From a virus: 64,000 nucleotides of DNA. Below the pieces are notes generated by a model. The model saw only the letters and a list, made by a program, of their open reading frames with translations. It was not told the origin of the DNA and did no database searches. The stretch covers positions 27,854 through 91,853 of IMG/VR virus record IMGVR_UViG_3300037755_001058, one strand, 5' to 3'. Below are positions 46,700 through 57,075 of this stretch, in pieces. A program made the position numbers and the translations under genes. Every line of letters begins with the position of its first letter. Position 1 is the stretch's first letter.

Positions 46700-47004
46700 T
46701 TGGTGGCGCTACCGGCCGCTTGCTTCACGGCCGGAGCCAACATGTCGTAGACCTTGCTGCTCATCATGCCAGCCACGATGCCCACCGCCCATGGCGGAGC
46801 CGAAGCCTCGGTGGTGATGATCAGCTGCCCAAGGACCGCCCCCAAAAGGAGCGGAGTCACCGCCATGGCCGTCTTGAACCAAGCCGTCTGACCGTCCAGA
46901 CCGGCTTGGATCGCCGCCCGCTTGACTCCCTCGACGATTCCGGCCACGACAGCTGCCGTGACCATGACATCCACGCTCAGGAGTGAACTGAAGATGGCGT
47001 CCAT
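46696..47004 (-). CDS. Holin-like membrane protein
   Basis: 102 aa with 2-3 hydrophobic helices; AGGAGG SD. Confidence 0.55.
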   Translation of the reverse strand: MDAIFSSLLSVDVMVTAAVVAGIVEGVKRAAIQAGLDGQTAWFKTAMAVTPLLLGAVLGQLIITTEASAPPWAVGIVAGMMSSKVYDMLAPAVKQAAGSATK

Positions 47005-47137
47005 CTGAACCTCCTAGAGGAGGATAGCACAACCAGGACGATTGGACAACAGGATAGTTTCGCTTGCCTAGAAGACCCCTAGAGCTGTCGAACACTTAGG
47101 GATCAAGGATGGCAAAACAACCCCTGTGTCGACAGCC

Positions 47138-48394
47138 CTAGGGGCCAATCTTGTAAGCCGGTTCAATGGATTTGAGAGGAGGGGGCTCCTCCACCACCCG
47201 GATCACCCGACACTGCGTGTTCCACCCGTGCGCGTCTACCACATGTTCAACCCACACCGGCAACCACACTCCACGGTCAACGTTTGCGAGCGCCCCCTCT
47301 AACGTAACAGATTCGTACGGAAGTAGGTCCGAGTTCCCATCGACCTCGACGGTAGCCCATCTACCGAGCTTTTCCCGTGTCTCAAAGTACCTAGACGCGA
47401 ACTCCTCCATGCTGAGGTCGGTCTTGTACTTGCCTGAGGCGATCACGTCGATGCGCTCCTCCTTTCCATGCTTACGATGTTCGACCACGGAGACCGCTAG
47501 AGTCATGTTTTTAACGTCATCCTGACTAAGCTCGAGAGGCTTCTCAGCCTTACGCCCCTCGTACGCGATAGCTGGGTCGCCGTTGAACTTGTCGGCCTCA
47601 AACTCCTTGATGACGAACCGCTCTCCAGCCGGAGCTGTGGGGTCGTATCCCACCAGACGTAGTCTGGTCGACTCTCCACCGTCTCGATTCATGGAGAGCT
47701 TATGGAGACTCCTTGCGTTCTCTGATTCCGGCAGCCCTCTGGCGTACACCAGGTCGCCTACGGTCGCCTTAGGCATTTGAAGGACCTTGTCCTTGTCCAA
47801 CCGTGGTCCGCCTAGTCTCAGAAACTGAGCGATATTCTTGAACCAGTTGAGATCGGACTCCCCAGACTTCTTGCTCGCCAGGCTATACCCGGCCTTCGTG
47901 TTGTTTGCCAGCGCAACGCCTGCGATCGGCTGATTCTCCAGCTCCCCGTTCGGGTCGAGACCGAGAGACCAACCGTACTCGTTGCACACACTCAACATTG
48001 CGCTAAAGAACGTGTCTCCACTCCCGAAGGTACGTGGCTTCTTATTCCTAGCCGCCCTGACCAGATCAGATACGGCCCTGACCGTCATCTTCTCGCCGCC
48101 TTCATCTTCAGAGTACGCGACAGTTGTGGAGACGATCTCGAACACCTGCACGAACTTCAGATCGTTGTTCCACCCGACGCTGAAATAGATCGTGCCACCA
48201 ACCTGCCACTGAGGAAGATCGGCAAGCCACGTACCATCGATATCCTGCGCCGGCATGATGATCGTGAACTCATCAGCCGCACTGAGCTGAAGACGACACT
48301 TGATCGACTCGAAGCCGTCGACGATAAGATTCTTCAGCCCCTCAGTCGCTAGATCGATTCGAGGTGCAAGCTCGTCATCGGGATTGATTGGCAT
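47138..48394 (-). CDS. Baseplate hub (P2 gpD/Mu gp44-like)
   Basis: ADEFTI, GESDLNWFKNIA, VDGNSDL...V.L.G...GVW....VEH; position after the tube initiator. Confidence 0.7.
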   Translation of the reverse strand: MPINPDDELAPRIDLATEGLKNLIVDGFESIKCRLQLSAADEFTIIMPAQDIDGTWLADLPQWQVGGTIYFSVGWNNDLKFVQVFEIVSTTVAYSEDEGGEKMTVRAVSDLVRAARNKKPRTFGSGDTFFSAMLSVCNEYGWSLGLDPNGELENQPIAGVALANNTKAGYSLASKKSGESDLNWFKNIAQFLRLGGPRLDKDKVLQMPKATVGDLVYARGLPESENARSLHKLSMNRDGGESTRLRLVGYDPTAPAGERFVIKEFEADKFNGDPAIAYEGRKAEKPLELSQDDVKNMTLAVSVVEHRKHGKEERIDVIASGKYKTDLSMEEFASRYFETREKLGRWATVEVDGNSDLLPYESVTLEGALANVDRGVWLPVWVEHVVDAHGWNTQCRVIRVVEEPPPLKSIEPAYKIGP

Positions 48395-49089
48395 CAGAGC
48401 CCCTCGATCGAATCCTCGAAGTACGCCGCCACGAAGACGTCCCGCGTTACCAGACCCAACGATTTACGCGGCATCTCGATAGTCTCGTTGAGGCCGACAC
48501 CTTGGTTGTACTCCGTCAACCCCTGGCCGTACCTGGCGTCTCCGTACTGGGTCTTTGCAAGATCCTCGAAGAGAGTACCCTCGGTCTTAGGGATGTAGCT
48601 GGTACCGAGGCTCAGTAGTGGCTCTGCGTCCGGGGCTAGAGTGATCGTAACCCTGCCAGGACCGATGGCACGTACGATTCTCGAGTTGAGCAGCCCCCCT
48701 GACCAATACTCGATAGGCATCTCGGGTACATCTGTGATGTAACCCTGGTACGCTCTCAACCCATGCATGAACATGATGCGAGGAGGCCGGCCCAAGGCCT
48801 CATCGGAGGAGGCCAACTCCTGCAGCCGCATCCATGCGAACTCGGGATAGATGTCTGTGACCGTCAGCCCAACGACGTAGAACTCGAACGATACCTGGCC
48901 TACGTCGTTACCGACGTACTTCACCCACGGCTTTGCCCCAGCGAGACCCGGCCTCCGTTGCCAGATGGGACGAGTCTTGCCGACGACCAACTTCGGATCG
49001 AACTGGCCGGGAAGTGGCACGGACAGGTAGTTGTCCATGTTCACAATGCCCCAGGTTGGACCTGGGGGGATGTTGACGAGGAATCCCAT
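48394..49089 (-). CDS. Tail tube initiator (gpU-like) with a LysM/gpX-like C-terminus
   Basis: RPPRIMFMHG...GYIT; LFEDLAKTQYGDAR; follows the tape measure gene. Confidence 0.65.
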   Translation of the reverse strand: MGFLVNIPPGPTWGIVNMDNYLSVPLPGQFDPKLVVGKTRPIWQRRPGLAGAKPWVKYVGNDVGQVSFEFYVVGLTVTDIYPEFAWMRLQELASSDEALGRPPRIMFMHGLRAYQGYITDVPEMPIEYWSGGLLNSRIVRAIGPGRVTITLAPDAEPLLSLGTSYIPKTEGTLFEDLAKTQYGDARYGQGLTEYNQGVGLNETIEMPRKSLGLVTRDVFVAAYFEDSIEGL

Positions 49090-51663
49090 CTACTCGATGA
49101 ACTCCAACGAGTCTAGGCCGACGGAGCGGATGTTGGTACCCTCAGAATTGATGATGAATCCGAGCTCCTGCGGGTGCATCGGATCCCCGCCACGTCCAGA
49201 GTGACGAGCCCGGAAGTTCACCTGTCGTTGGTTCTCGGCCACCTTCTCCCCGTCCATCTCAACCTTCTGGTTGAGATTCAAGTTCAACTCGATCGGGGGC
49301 GTGTCGAACTGAGTGGGAACGAACCCCTCCAAGATCTTGTCCTGGGCTCCTGACAGGGCCGATATCTGCAGGCCGATGTGCTTGGCGAGGGTCTTATTGT
49401 ACGGCTTCACAGCGGCTTCGATCTTCACCAGGACATCCTCGTACCACCCCAACATCCTAGCAAGAGCCATCCTGAAGGGCGACGTCAAGATGTCGACGAA
49501 CGCCAACGTGAGCGTCTTGAAGTTCTTCATGGTATCACCGGTACCGGTGATGATACGCACGAAGGCCTTTCCAAGCTGTAGCACGTCACTGGCTGTCTGC
49601 CGAAAGATGGGAATCATGCCCTGGGACATCATCGTCATGAGCCTGGTGAACGCAACGATGGCTTTCGTCACCCATCGCACGATCGTACCAACTACGTTGG
49701 CTGCTCGGAATCCCAACGAGACGAAGTCATGCATCGTGATGATGCCCTGCCCCTTGAAGTACGAGAAGAAGATGGATGTGGTATCATGAAGTCCGACGAA
49801 TGAGTGTTCCAACTCGTTCCACTGTGCCCGCAGCTGCGGCAACAGCGTCTTCCAGAACGTGGTGAACGTGGCCTTGAGCGGCTCCCATACCCCAAAGAAC
49901 GCCGCACGCCCGATGTCGTATACACGAGACAGCGTATCCAGCAGGGGCTCGTTCTCCCTCCGGAACGCCATGAACGCGAACGCCAACAGCCCGAATGCGA
50001 CCGCACCCTCGGCCGCCACCACCACCACCGGTCCGAATCCGGCTACGATGGCTACGAGAGCGCCTCCGAGGAACTGTAGTATCGGCCCCAACGTTGCAAG
50101 GATGGTTCCGAACACGGCCCCCAATGCACCAACAGCTATGGCAAGAGTGGTCGTGATTGGCACGGCCACCGAGAAGATCGTTGCCAGACTCGACACGGCC
50201 ACGATGGTAGCAAGGATGGTGCGACGAGTCCCAGAGTCCTGAGCTCTGTACCACTCCAACGCCATCGTGACGTACCCACGCAGCGTGACCATAGCATCAC
50301 GGAGCACGTTGATCGTATCCCTGATAGCCAAGGCCGTATCCTTGACCTCCAACCGCATGGTCTTGAACTTCTCGGCGAGTTCCGGGTCCTGGGGATTCAT
50401 GAGGTACTTGAAGGATTCGTTGACATCGTCGACGAACTGTGTGAAGTCCTTCAGGAGGTCCTTCAAGCCGATGCCCTGGACCAGGGCATCCCCAATCCTC
50501 CTGCCAAGGATCTGCGCGACATCTACGAGATTTGATGAGCGCCCGAATAGGGTGTCAGACAGCCGTGCAAGCAACTCGTCACCACGGCCCCCAGTTCGCT
50601 CCTGGAACTGAGCCGCAATCTCTCCGAGCACCGCCTTGGAGTACGCCTTACCTCCCTTCTCACCGGCGTTCTTGAACATGTCCTGTCGAAGAACAACGTT
50701 GAACGACTTCATGTTCTCGAATTCACCGCTAATGGCAGCGGACGTAACCGCCCAAGCGGCCTCGGCCACATTTCGCTTCCCGCCGGTTAGCGCAGCCAGG
50801 TTCGCCGACAGTCCAACGAGCTGCTCATTCATGTCCAAGTTGTCCCTGGACAACATCATCAACCTCTTGCTCCCTTGGATGATGTCCGTGAGGTTGAAGG
50901 GGGTTTTGGCCGCGAAGGTCTCGAGCCTTCCCATGAGGTCTTCAGTCTTCGTCGAACTACCGAGGAGCGTGTCGAACGTCACCCTGTTCGATTCCATCTC
51001 GCCCGACAGACGAATGGTCTCCCGCAGCATGCTGTTCAGACCACCGAACCCTTGAATACCGAGAAGGGCCCCGATCGCCCCTCCGATGCCAGCCATCGCC
51101 GCCGTCACGCTGAACGAGGCCATCCACGTGTCACGTTGAAGGACCCTGACCGACGATGTCACCCTGCCGATCGACCTCCTGGCTACGCCGCCCTGGACAC
51201 CGAAAGCTCTGGTCACACCACCGATGACTATGCGCATCTCGCGCATCAGACGAATTGCAGTACCAATCTGCCTTACCAGTACCATCCGTTCGGAGCGCTC
51301 AGCCTGCATCTCCTGCAGGCTGATCTGCCTTTGGCGAAGTTCCAACTTGGCCACATTGATCGCGACACGCTTCTGTGAGACCTCGGCTCGAATCGCAGCC
51401 TGTTGCAGCCTCGAGATCTTCAGTGCCACATCGGTCGTCACGTTGTACTTCTTCGAGATAGCATCGACGGAGTGTGCCGCCGTCTCGAAGCTCTTGTACG
51501 CGTCGATGCGACCCCTGTACGACGCCATCTCATCATCGATGGTCTGCTTCATGTGGCCCATGACCTGGGCGGTCACGGACGCCGCCCGCTGGACCCGCAT
51601 CAGCCCGGCGACGGCACCAGCAGCCGACACGACGAGCCTAAGTCCAGCAGTGGCAAGCGCCAT
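49090..51663 (-). CDS. Tape measure protein
   Basis: FDTLLGS...LETFAAKTPFNL tape-measure motif; helical Ala/Gly-rich with hydrophobic segments; follows the chaperone genes. Confidence 0.9.
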   Translation of the reverse strand: MALATAGLRLVVSAAGAVAGLMRVQRAASVTAQVMGHMKQTIDDEMASYRGRIDAYKSFETAAHSVDAISKKYNVTTDVALKISRLQQAAIRAEVSQKRVAINVAKLELRQRQISLQEMQAERSERMVLVRQIGTAIRLMREMRIVIGGVTRAFGVQGGVARRSIGRVTSSVRVLQRDTWMASFSVTAAMAGIGGAIGALLGIQGFGGLNSMLRETIRLSGEMESNRVTFDTLLGSSTKTEDLMGRLETFAAKTPFNLTDIIQGSKRLMMLSRDNLDMNEQLVGLSANLAALTGGKRNVAEAAWAVTSAAISGEFENMKSFNVVLRQDMFKNAGEKGGKAYSKAVLGEIAAQFQERTGGRGDELLARLSDTLFGRSSNLVDVAQILGRRIGDALVQGIGLKDLLKDFTQFVDDVNESFKYLMNPQDPELAEKFKTMRLEVKDTALAIRDTINVLRDAMVTLRGYVTMALEWYRAQDSGTRRTILATIVAVSSLATIFSVAVPITTTLAIAVGALGAVFGTILATLGPILQFLGGALVAIVAGFGPVVVVAAEGAVAFGLLAFAFMAFRRENEPLLDTLSRVYDIGRAAFFGVWEPLKATFTTFWKTLLPQLRAQWNELEHSFVGLHDTTSIFFSYFKGQGIITMHDFVSLGFRAANVVGTIVRWVTKAIVAFTRLMTMMSQGMIPIFRQTASDVLQLGKAFVRIITGTGDTMKNFKTLTLAFVDILTSPFRMALARMLGWYEDVLVKIEAAVKPYNKTLAKHIGLQISALSGAQDKILEGFVPTQFDTPPIELNLNLNQKVEMDGEKVAENQRQVNFRARHSGRGGDPMHPQELGFIINSEGTNIRSVGLDSLEFIE

Positions 51664-51894
51664 TCACCCCTTCTTGGCAGCGTCAGCCACCGCCTTCCGA
51701 TCCTTGTTGAGACGAGCTATCCAGTACTTCACGTACGTCCACCGCTGCTTCCGCAGTTCGGATGGAGACATCATCTGGAATCCCGAGGACCCCCAACCGC
51801 CGACACCGGTCATGAACTCGTACGTCAGATCGGCGAACTCCTTCAGGTCGATCTTCCACGTATCGACGTGTGTCAGAGGCCCTGAGAAAAAGGG
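51664..51894 (-). CDS. Tail assembly chaperone T segment (reached by -1 frameshift)
   Basis: Open -1 frame from the slippery site to the stop at 51664, directly before the tape measure gene. Confidence 0.75.
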   Translation of the reverse strand, partial: PFFSGPLTHVDTWKIDLKEFADLTYEFMTGVGGWGSSGFQMMSPSELRKQRWTYVKYWIARLNKDRKAVADAAKKG

Positions 51895-52658
51895 ATGACC
51901 GCCACCTCCCGGCAGTGCGGACAGACCATGTCGAGGTGCATCCTGAAGTTCGGAATGCACGAGTCCATGGTCTTGATGATCTTCGGCACGGCAGAGGCCT
52001 TGATGAGCCTGGCTTCTCCCTTGATCGAAGGAACTCGCGGAGCCCCACCACCGGTAGAGCTGGCCCTGATGCTGGAGAGAGCACGGTACAGGTTGACGGC
52101 CGCCTCCTTGTCCCACGAGCTCTCAGGCATCGAAGACTTGGAACCCATCCAGGTTGGATGCGAGACGTACATCGTACATCCCTTGAGGCTGGAAGGGAGC
52201 TCGGAGTCCTCGATGCCCTTCACCTCGTACGTAGCCTGAGGGCCCACGAGTGGTGCCGGCAAGGCCCGGCACTTGAGGTCTCCGAAGTCGACCTGCTTGA
52301 ACGGGCGAGCACACGACGGGCACGGAACGGACTCACCATCGAGATCCAAGGTAGACCCGTTCAGCTGGGCGGCCCACGCGAGGCTCAGGAACGTGACGTC
52401 AGTGTCCAACATCCCATGGATGAACTCCGGACCGACCTCATGGACCTCGTGCACACCAACACGCTTGGTGATCGTGAACGCCTCGAGAGCCTTACGCTTC
52501 CAGGTCTTGGCATCGTTGACCTCGGCCACTCGGATGGCCGTGTCGACGGTATCTTCCATCAGCTCGAAGGTGTTGCCCGACGGGAGAATTCCCTCATCGA
52601 ACATCTCCTTGAACGTACGTTCGGTCAGGATGGCATCGCCACCCGCCCCCTCGGCCAT
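51873..52658 (-). CDS. Tail assembly chaperone G
   Basis: Lies between tube and tape measure; CPSC and CPHC Zn motifs as in T4-like/CIS chaperones. Confidence 0.7.
   Translation of the reverse strand: MAEGAGGDAILTERTFKEMFDEGILPSGNTFELMEDTVDTAIRVAEVNDAKTWKRKALEAFTITKRVGVHEVHEVGPEFIHGMLDTDVTFLSLAWAAQLNGSTLDLDGESVPCPSCARPFKQVDFGDLKCRALPAPLVGPQATYEVKGIEDSELPSSLKGCTMYVSHPTWMGSKSSMPESSWDKEAAVNLYRALSSIRASSTGGGAPRVPSIKGEARLIKASAVPKIIKTMDSCIPNFRMHLDMVCPHCREVAVIPFSQGL
51888..51894 (-). promoter_or_regulatory. Programmed -1 frameshift heptamer C CCT TTT
   Basis: ATC CCT TTT TCT just before the G stop; X XXY YYZ pattern. Confidence 0.75.
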
Positions 52659-52683
52659 TCATCACCATCCTTGTTCTCGATCA

Positions 52684-53124
52684 TCACGGCCCGATCCGCT
52701 TCGCCCGGAAGTACGATACCATGAAGGTCGTCTGGCCAACCTCGGCACCATCCAGGCTCATGTCGTTCGGGGCCTCGCTCTTGCACATGGCGTGCTCGAC
52801 CTCGTAGATCGCCACGGGATTGTCCGCGGCATCCATACGCGTGACCGTGCCGGTGCAGAAGTGATTCGCCGCTCCGTTCTCGGTCGCCTCCTTCCAGGCG
52901 ATCATCTGGGAGATCTGCGGGTCGTGGTCGGGAACCACGATCGTCAGGTCGCGCCGGGTCACCTTGCCGGTGGCGTAGCCACGGCCATCCGGGCCATCGA
53001 CGACCTCCACCTCGTCGCTGAGACCGGACACGGACGTACAGTTCAGCTCGACCACCCATGGACCGAAGCTGATGGAGAAGTGGTTGGTGACGGCCGCGCC
53101 GTCGGGAATGGTTCGAGCGCCCAC
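52684..53124 (-). CDS. Tail tube protein (T4 gp19-like)
   Basis: NHFSI...CTSVSGLSDEVEVV...GKVT..DLTI; follows the sheath. Confidence 0.8.
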   Translation of the reverse strand: MGARTIPDGAAVTNHFSISFGPWVVELNCTSVSGLSDEVEVVDGPDGRGYATGKVTRRDLTIVVPDHDPQISQMIAWKEATENGAANHFCTGTVTRMDAADNPVAIYEVEHAMCKSEAPNDMSLDGAEVGQTTFMVSYFRAKRIGP

Positions 53125-53128
53125 GGTA

Positions 53129-55873
53129 TCACCCCTCGGAGACGAGCTGCGTCGGCGACAGCACGATGGTCAGGTTCTCGAGCGCGGGTCGCGGCCGGAA
53201 CTGGATCGTTGCCGTCACGTTGCCCTCGAGCAGCTCCTCAGGCGGGTTCTGGTCCGGAGGGACGAGAACCGTAACCTGCTGCTCGAAGCCCGGACCGGCA
53301 TGGTCACTGAACCAGCCGTCTCGGTAGTAGACCTTGAGCTTCTCCCGGAGGGAGGCTTGGATGTCGCCCAGTCGCCTGGCCGAGATGCTCTTGAAGATCC
53401 ACGGCCTGGTGGTCACGAACAGGTCTCTGGCGACGTGGTAGAACACGTCGCGTTCCGTGATCGTGTACCGCTTGCCCTTGGGGGTCCGCCCGAGGCTGTA
53501 CCGCCTATTCCCCCACAGGTAGACCGCCGCACCCTCCCAGAGCAGCATGACGATGCCATTGTCGTTCAGCAGCTTCTTGGGAGGGGTCCAGCGACCGATA
53601 TCGTCGCTGAGGCCGAGCACGCGCGGGCTCAAGCGGCCCTGTTCGTTGTTGTTGGCCGCGGCGATGTGGAACCCGCGCTCTCCATCGACCCCCTCATTCG
53701 CCAGGCGCGACTTGATGCCCAGGAACATCCCGGCCACGGACCGGGTGACGGCCTTGGTTCGGGCCACGTTGAGGAACTTGGCCCTCGACGGGAACAGATG
53801 GTCGACATAGTCCGACTCGACCTCAGACCCGGCCATGTCGGCAACCGCTGCCTGTCCAGGAAGGGCCTGGGCCTCGAGGCCGGCGGCGAACTCGGCGACG
53901 TATACCCACCCGTTCTTGCGGACGAACGGTTCGATCGCGGCCTTCACGGAGGTGGCCGTGATTCCAGGGGTGATGATCCGAACCAGGCCAAGGTTCGTGC
54001 AGAGCCAACGCTGGAAGATAGCATCTTCCAGGTCCGATGCGATGATGTACCTGGCAGCCGCGGGGGCAACCCCATCGTACCCACCCCACATCGGCCATCG
54101 ACCCTCGACCCGGAACGGAACGGCATCGGTACCGTACACCACCCCAGAGGTGGCGATGCCGAGTCCGGCGTGGCCAGTACCGCTCCCGAGGGTGAGGCTG
54201 GACTTCGATCCGTACGACCCCTGGAGACCGATGGTCATGGTACCGTCGGTGTTGGCCGTGAACGTGAACATGTCCGTGGTGTCGAGGGTGGTCAACTCGG
54301 CGGCGATGGCCGTCGCCCCGGGACCAGAACCGGCCGAAACGAGCGTGATGGCGGCCCCTCCATCCGGGGAGAGAATGACGGTCTCACCCACTCCGAGAGA
54401 GACTGCGTCCAGATCCACAGTGTCTACCGTGGCGGACACACCGACAGCAGACCCATAGCTGCTGAGGAGCAGGTCGGATCTGACGGAGATGGTGTTGTAG
54501 GTGCTGGCCGCCACTCGGAGGCGCTGGTTGGTGTCTCCATCATCGGACCGGGCCACGGGGTAGAGGTACGCCTCGCGGTTGGACAGGTCCAGGGGCAGAG
54601 GATCGATGCGGATGCGCGCCGTATCACTGAGAACGGCAGCGTCGTCCCCAGCGATGATGTTGAACGACGCCAGTTGCGGATGTACCGGCACGAACGGAGT
54701 GGCCACGGTGCCAGCACCTAGATCGAGCACGGTTCCATCGGCGAAGGTGACGGACACGGTGAACGTGGTCGCGGCCGTGAACGTGATGTTGTAGACGTGA
54801 GGCTCGATCTGGGACGCATCCACCGGGGCGACGTCGACGATGTACGGATCGCCGGTGTTGGTGGCACCGAGGCTCTGCCTCCACCACTGCATGGTGATGG
54901 TGGCCCCATCCACTGATGTTGGCACCTCGCAGAGGTTCGCGGGAAGCTTGGCCTCGACCGTGGCTCCAGCGTAGGTGGTCTCGATCTCGATCTGGTACCG
55001 AGTCTGCTCGCCGTCGGGAATGACCCGCAACCAGGGGCGGTCATCGTCATCGCTGAGGCCGAGATCACCGTACGACGTGACCGACTCCCACTCGGTGTCG
55101 GCCTTGAACTTCCGGACCCCCTCGACGCTGAACAGGGTGGCGGTGACGCTGTCCTGCCCGATCACGACTGCCAGCTCCTGGCCACCCGAGAGCAGAAGGT
55201 TCCAGGACCCGTCGATGACACCCATACCATCGGCGTCCTGGACGGCCTGGGAGAACTCCCCCTTGATGGTGGCGACTCCGGTATCGTCGTTCGACACGAC
55301 CTCGTACGGACCCCCGGAGTCGCCTTCGAAGGAAATCTGCGCCCCGACGAGCTCGTCGGTGTAGAACGTCACGCCGGCCAGCTCCAGCGACGTTGACAGG
55401 TCCACGGTGCTCGCGGTGAGATCGGCGGCGATGTCGTCGAGAAGGCCGAGCAGCACCCTACGCCGACCACCCCACTTTCCGCCGTTGTTCGCCAGAGCCG
55501 TCGCCAACGGGGCCCTGTCCGTGGCAACGAGTCCAGGCTGGCTCTTGCTGAACGAGCGATCCGGGTTCCGATCCCACAAGGGGACGGTGGACTGCCGATC
55601 GTTCCCATCGGTGACCCTCCCGATGAGGACCGGAGGGGAATCCTCTGAGTAGATGTCGTCGAGGGACAGACTTCCCTCGAAGACATCGTCTGGCTCACCG
55701 GACACCAGCCGCGCCTCGGCCTTCCCGAGGACCATCGCGGCATGCGTCACAGGACCCGAAGCGAACTGACCCATGACCGCCGACGAACCGCGAGGAGCGG
55801 TGGGCAACCCCTGGGCCCCATCGCGAACGATGACCGTGGTTCCGGGACCGTCGGGAACGAGTACGAGAGACAT
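53129..55873 (-). CDS. Contractile tail sheath protein
   Basis: PGTTV, GQFASGP, G.WG, LWGNR.., RPWIFK, PRPALENLTI. Confidence 0.88.
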   Translation of the reverse strand: MSLVLVPDGPGTTVIVRDGAQGLPTAPRGSSAVMGQFASGPVTHAAMVLGKAEARLVSGEPDDVFEGSLSLDDIYSEDSPPVLIGRVTDGNDRQSTVPLWDRNPDRSFSKSQPGLVATDRAPLATALANNGGKWGGRRRVLLGLLDDIAADLTASTVDLSTSLELAGVTFYTDELVGAQISFEGDSGGPYEVVSNDDTGVATIKGEFSQAVQDADGMGVIDGSWNLLLSGGQELAVVIGQDSVTATLFSVEGVRKFKADTEWESVTSYGDLGLSDDDDRPWLRVIPDGEQTRYQIEIETTYAGATVEAKLPANLCEVPTSVDGATITMQWWRQSLGATNTGDPYIVDVAPVDASQIEPHVYNITFTAATTFTVSVTFADGTVLDLGAGTVATPFVPVHPQLASFNIIAGDDAAVLSDTARIRIDPLPLDLSNREAYLYPVARSDDGDTNQRLRVAASTYNTISVRSDLLLSSYGSAVGVSATVDTVDLDAVSLGVGETVILSPDGGAAITLVSAGSGPGATAIAAELTTLDTTDMFTFTANTDGTMTIGLQGSYGSKSSLTLGSGTGHAGLGIATSGVVYGTDAVPFRVEGRWPMWGGYDGVAPAAARYIIASDLEDAIFQRWLCTNLGLVRIITPGITATSVKAAIEPFVRKNGWVYVAEFAAGLEAQALPGQAAVADMAGSEVESDYVDHLFPSRAKFLNVARTKAVTRSVAGMFLGIKSRLANEGVDGERGFHIAAANNNEQGRLSPRVLGLSDDIGRWTPPKKLLNDNGIVMLLWEGAAVYLWGNRRYSLGRTPKGKRYTITERDVFYHVARDLFVTTRPWIFKSISARRLGDIQASLREKLKVYYRDGWFSDHAGPGFEQQVTVLVPPDQNPPEELLEGNVTATIQFRPRPALENLTIVLSPTQLVSEG

Positions 55874-55890
55874 GGCGAGACCTCAGCGAA

Positions 55891-57075
55891 TCAGCAGTTG
55901 AACTCGTCCCGACTCACGGGCCTGACAAGACCCGGGAACTCGAGGGACAACGACGTGGTGACAGGACCATTCTCGTCTCTGGAGACGCGCACGACCTTGG
56001 AGCTGACGTACTCTTTGATGGTGATCCGGACCTTTCCGGTGCACTGAGGCATCCCGGCAGGACCCGTCTCGATGACCTCGACGAATCCGAGCAGGTTGGC
56101 CGCTAGACACCGGCCAATCGGCAACAGGATCACCAAGCCATCGGAGAACGCCGCCTGAAGGCCAAGCCTCATGGCCAGCGCGTCGGCCTGGCGCGAGGCA
56201 ATCCCATTGATGGTGACGGTGATGTCCTGCTCACGGACCCTGACCTCCGTTCCACCCACCAAGAAACTCGAATGGACGCCGGTCATACCGGCCTCCTCAA
56301 CGATGCTGGCCATCCACCATTCCGGTGCGATATGAACCGTGCGGCTCCCCTCATCACGCCGTACAGTGACGGACGGCTGTACCAGAACCGCAATCTCGAT
56401 GGCGGACCCGGACTGAGCTGGGGTGCTCTTCAGGGTGACGACGCCATCAGAGAAATCGGCACTCTTGTGAACCCCATCAACCGTCACCTGGACAAGCCCA
56501 ACGACGTTGTACCCGAACTCGGTGTAGTCACCACCAATCTTCCACTCAGACCTGGCGGCGGCCAAGGTCTCACGGTGCACGAGAACGAACGAGACGTCTC
56601 CGAGAAACGTGGCGACGCGCCTGATGCAGTGTGAGATCGCCCCCTCCCACGTGGGGAAATCTGCCAGTACCCTGATCTCACCAACCTGGGGGTCTGGATC
56701 GGTGATAGTAGCCACCAGGTGCACCACAAGTCCGAGCTCGGACCTGGTCCAAAGATCCAGATTCCCCAGCAGCCACGGGGCCATGAACTCCGTATCCCAT
56801 GTAGACTCGTCGGTCACGGCCTTGAAGACCATGTCGTTCTCATCGAGCCAGAACTGGGATTCTCCATCCGACACCCTGACCCTGACCCCATCTCCGGCAG
56901 GGTTCTGAAGGCCCATGAGCTCTGCTGATACCCACCTGCAGAATCTATCAGGACGAATCACTGGGTACGTCACCGTCCCAGACTCGCCGGTGAGCCTTGC
57001 GCGATGAAGCCTGACGACCACGTCCCCCTCTCGGGATCCGTACGTAGGCCTCAGAGTGGCGACGTCGATCGCCAT
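55891..57075 (-). CDS. Neck/tail terminator-region structural protein
   Basis: Position just upstream of the sheath; SRQADALAM-type C-terminal domain. Confidence 0.5.
   Translation of the reverse strand: MAIDVATLRPTYGSREGDVVVRLHRARLTGESGTVTYPVIRPDRFCRWVSAELMGLQNPAGDGVRVRVSDGESQFWLDENDMVFKAVTDESTWDTEFMAPWLLGNLDLWTRSELGLVVHLVATITDPDPQVGEIRVLADFPTWEGAISHCIRRVATFLGDVSFVLVHRETLAAARSEWKIGGDYTEFGYNVVGLVQVTVDGVHKSADFSDGVVTLKSTPAQSGSAIEIAVLVQPSVTVRRDEGSRTVHIAPEWWMASIVEEAGMTGVHSSFLVGGTEVRVREQDITVTINGIASRQADALAMRLGLQAAFSDGLVILLPIGRCLAANLLGFVEVIETGPAGMPQCTGKVRITIKEYVSSKVVRVSRDENGPVTTSLSLEFPGLVRPVSRDEFNC

Noticed and set aside
53072-54721. 549-aa + strand ORF
   Set aside because: Antisense shadow of the sheath gene caused by high GC3; no motifs
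25751-57075. Tail genes as an eCIS/tailocin or T6SS
   Set aside because: Capsid, portal, terminase, neck genes and a full replication set show this is a complete phage
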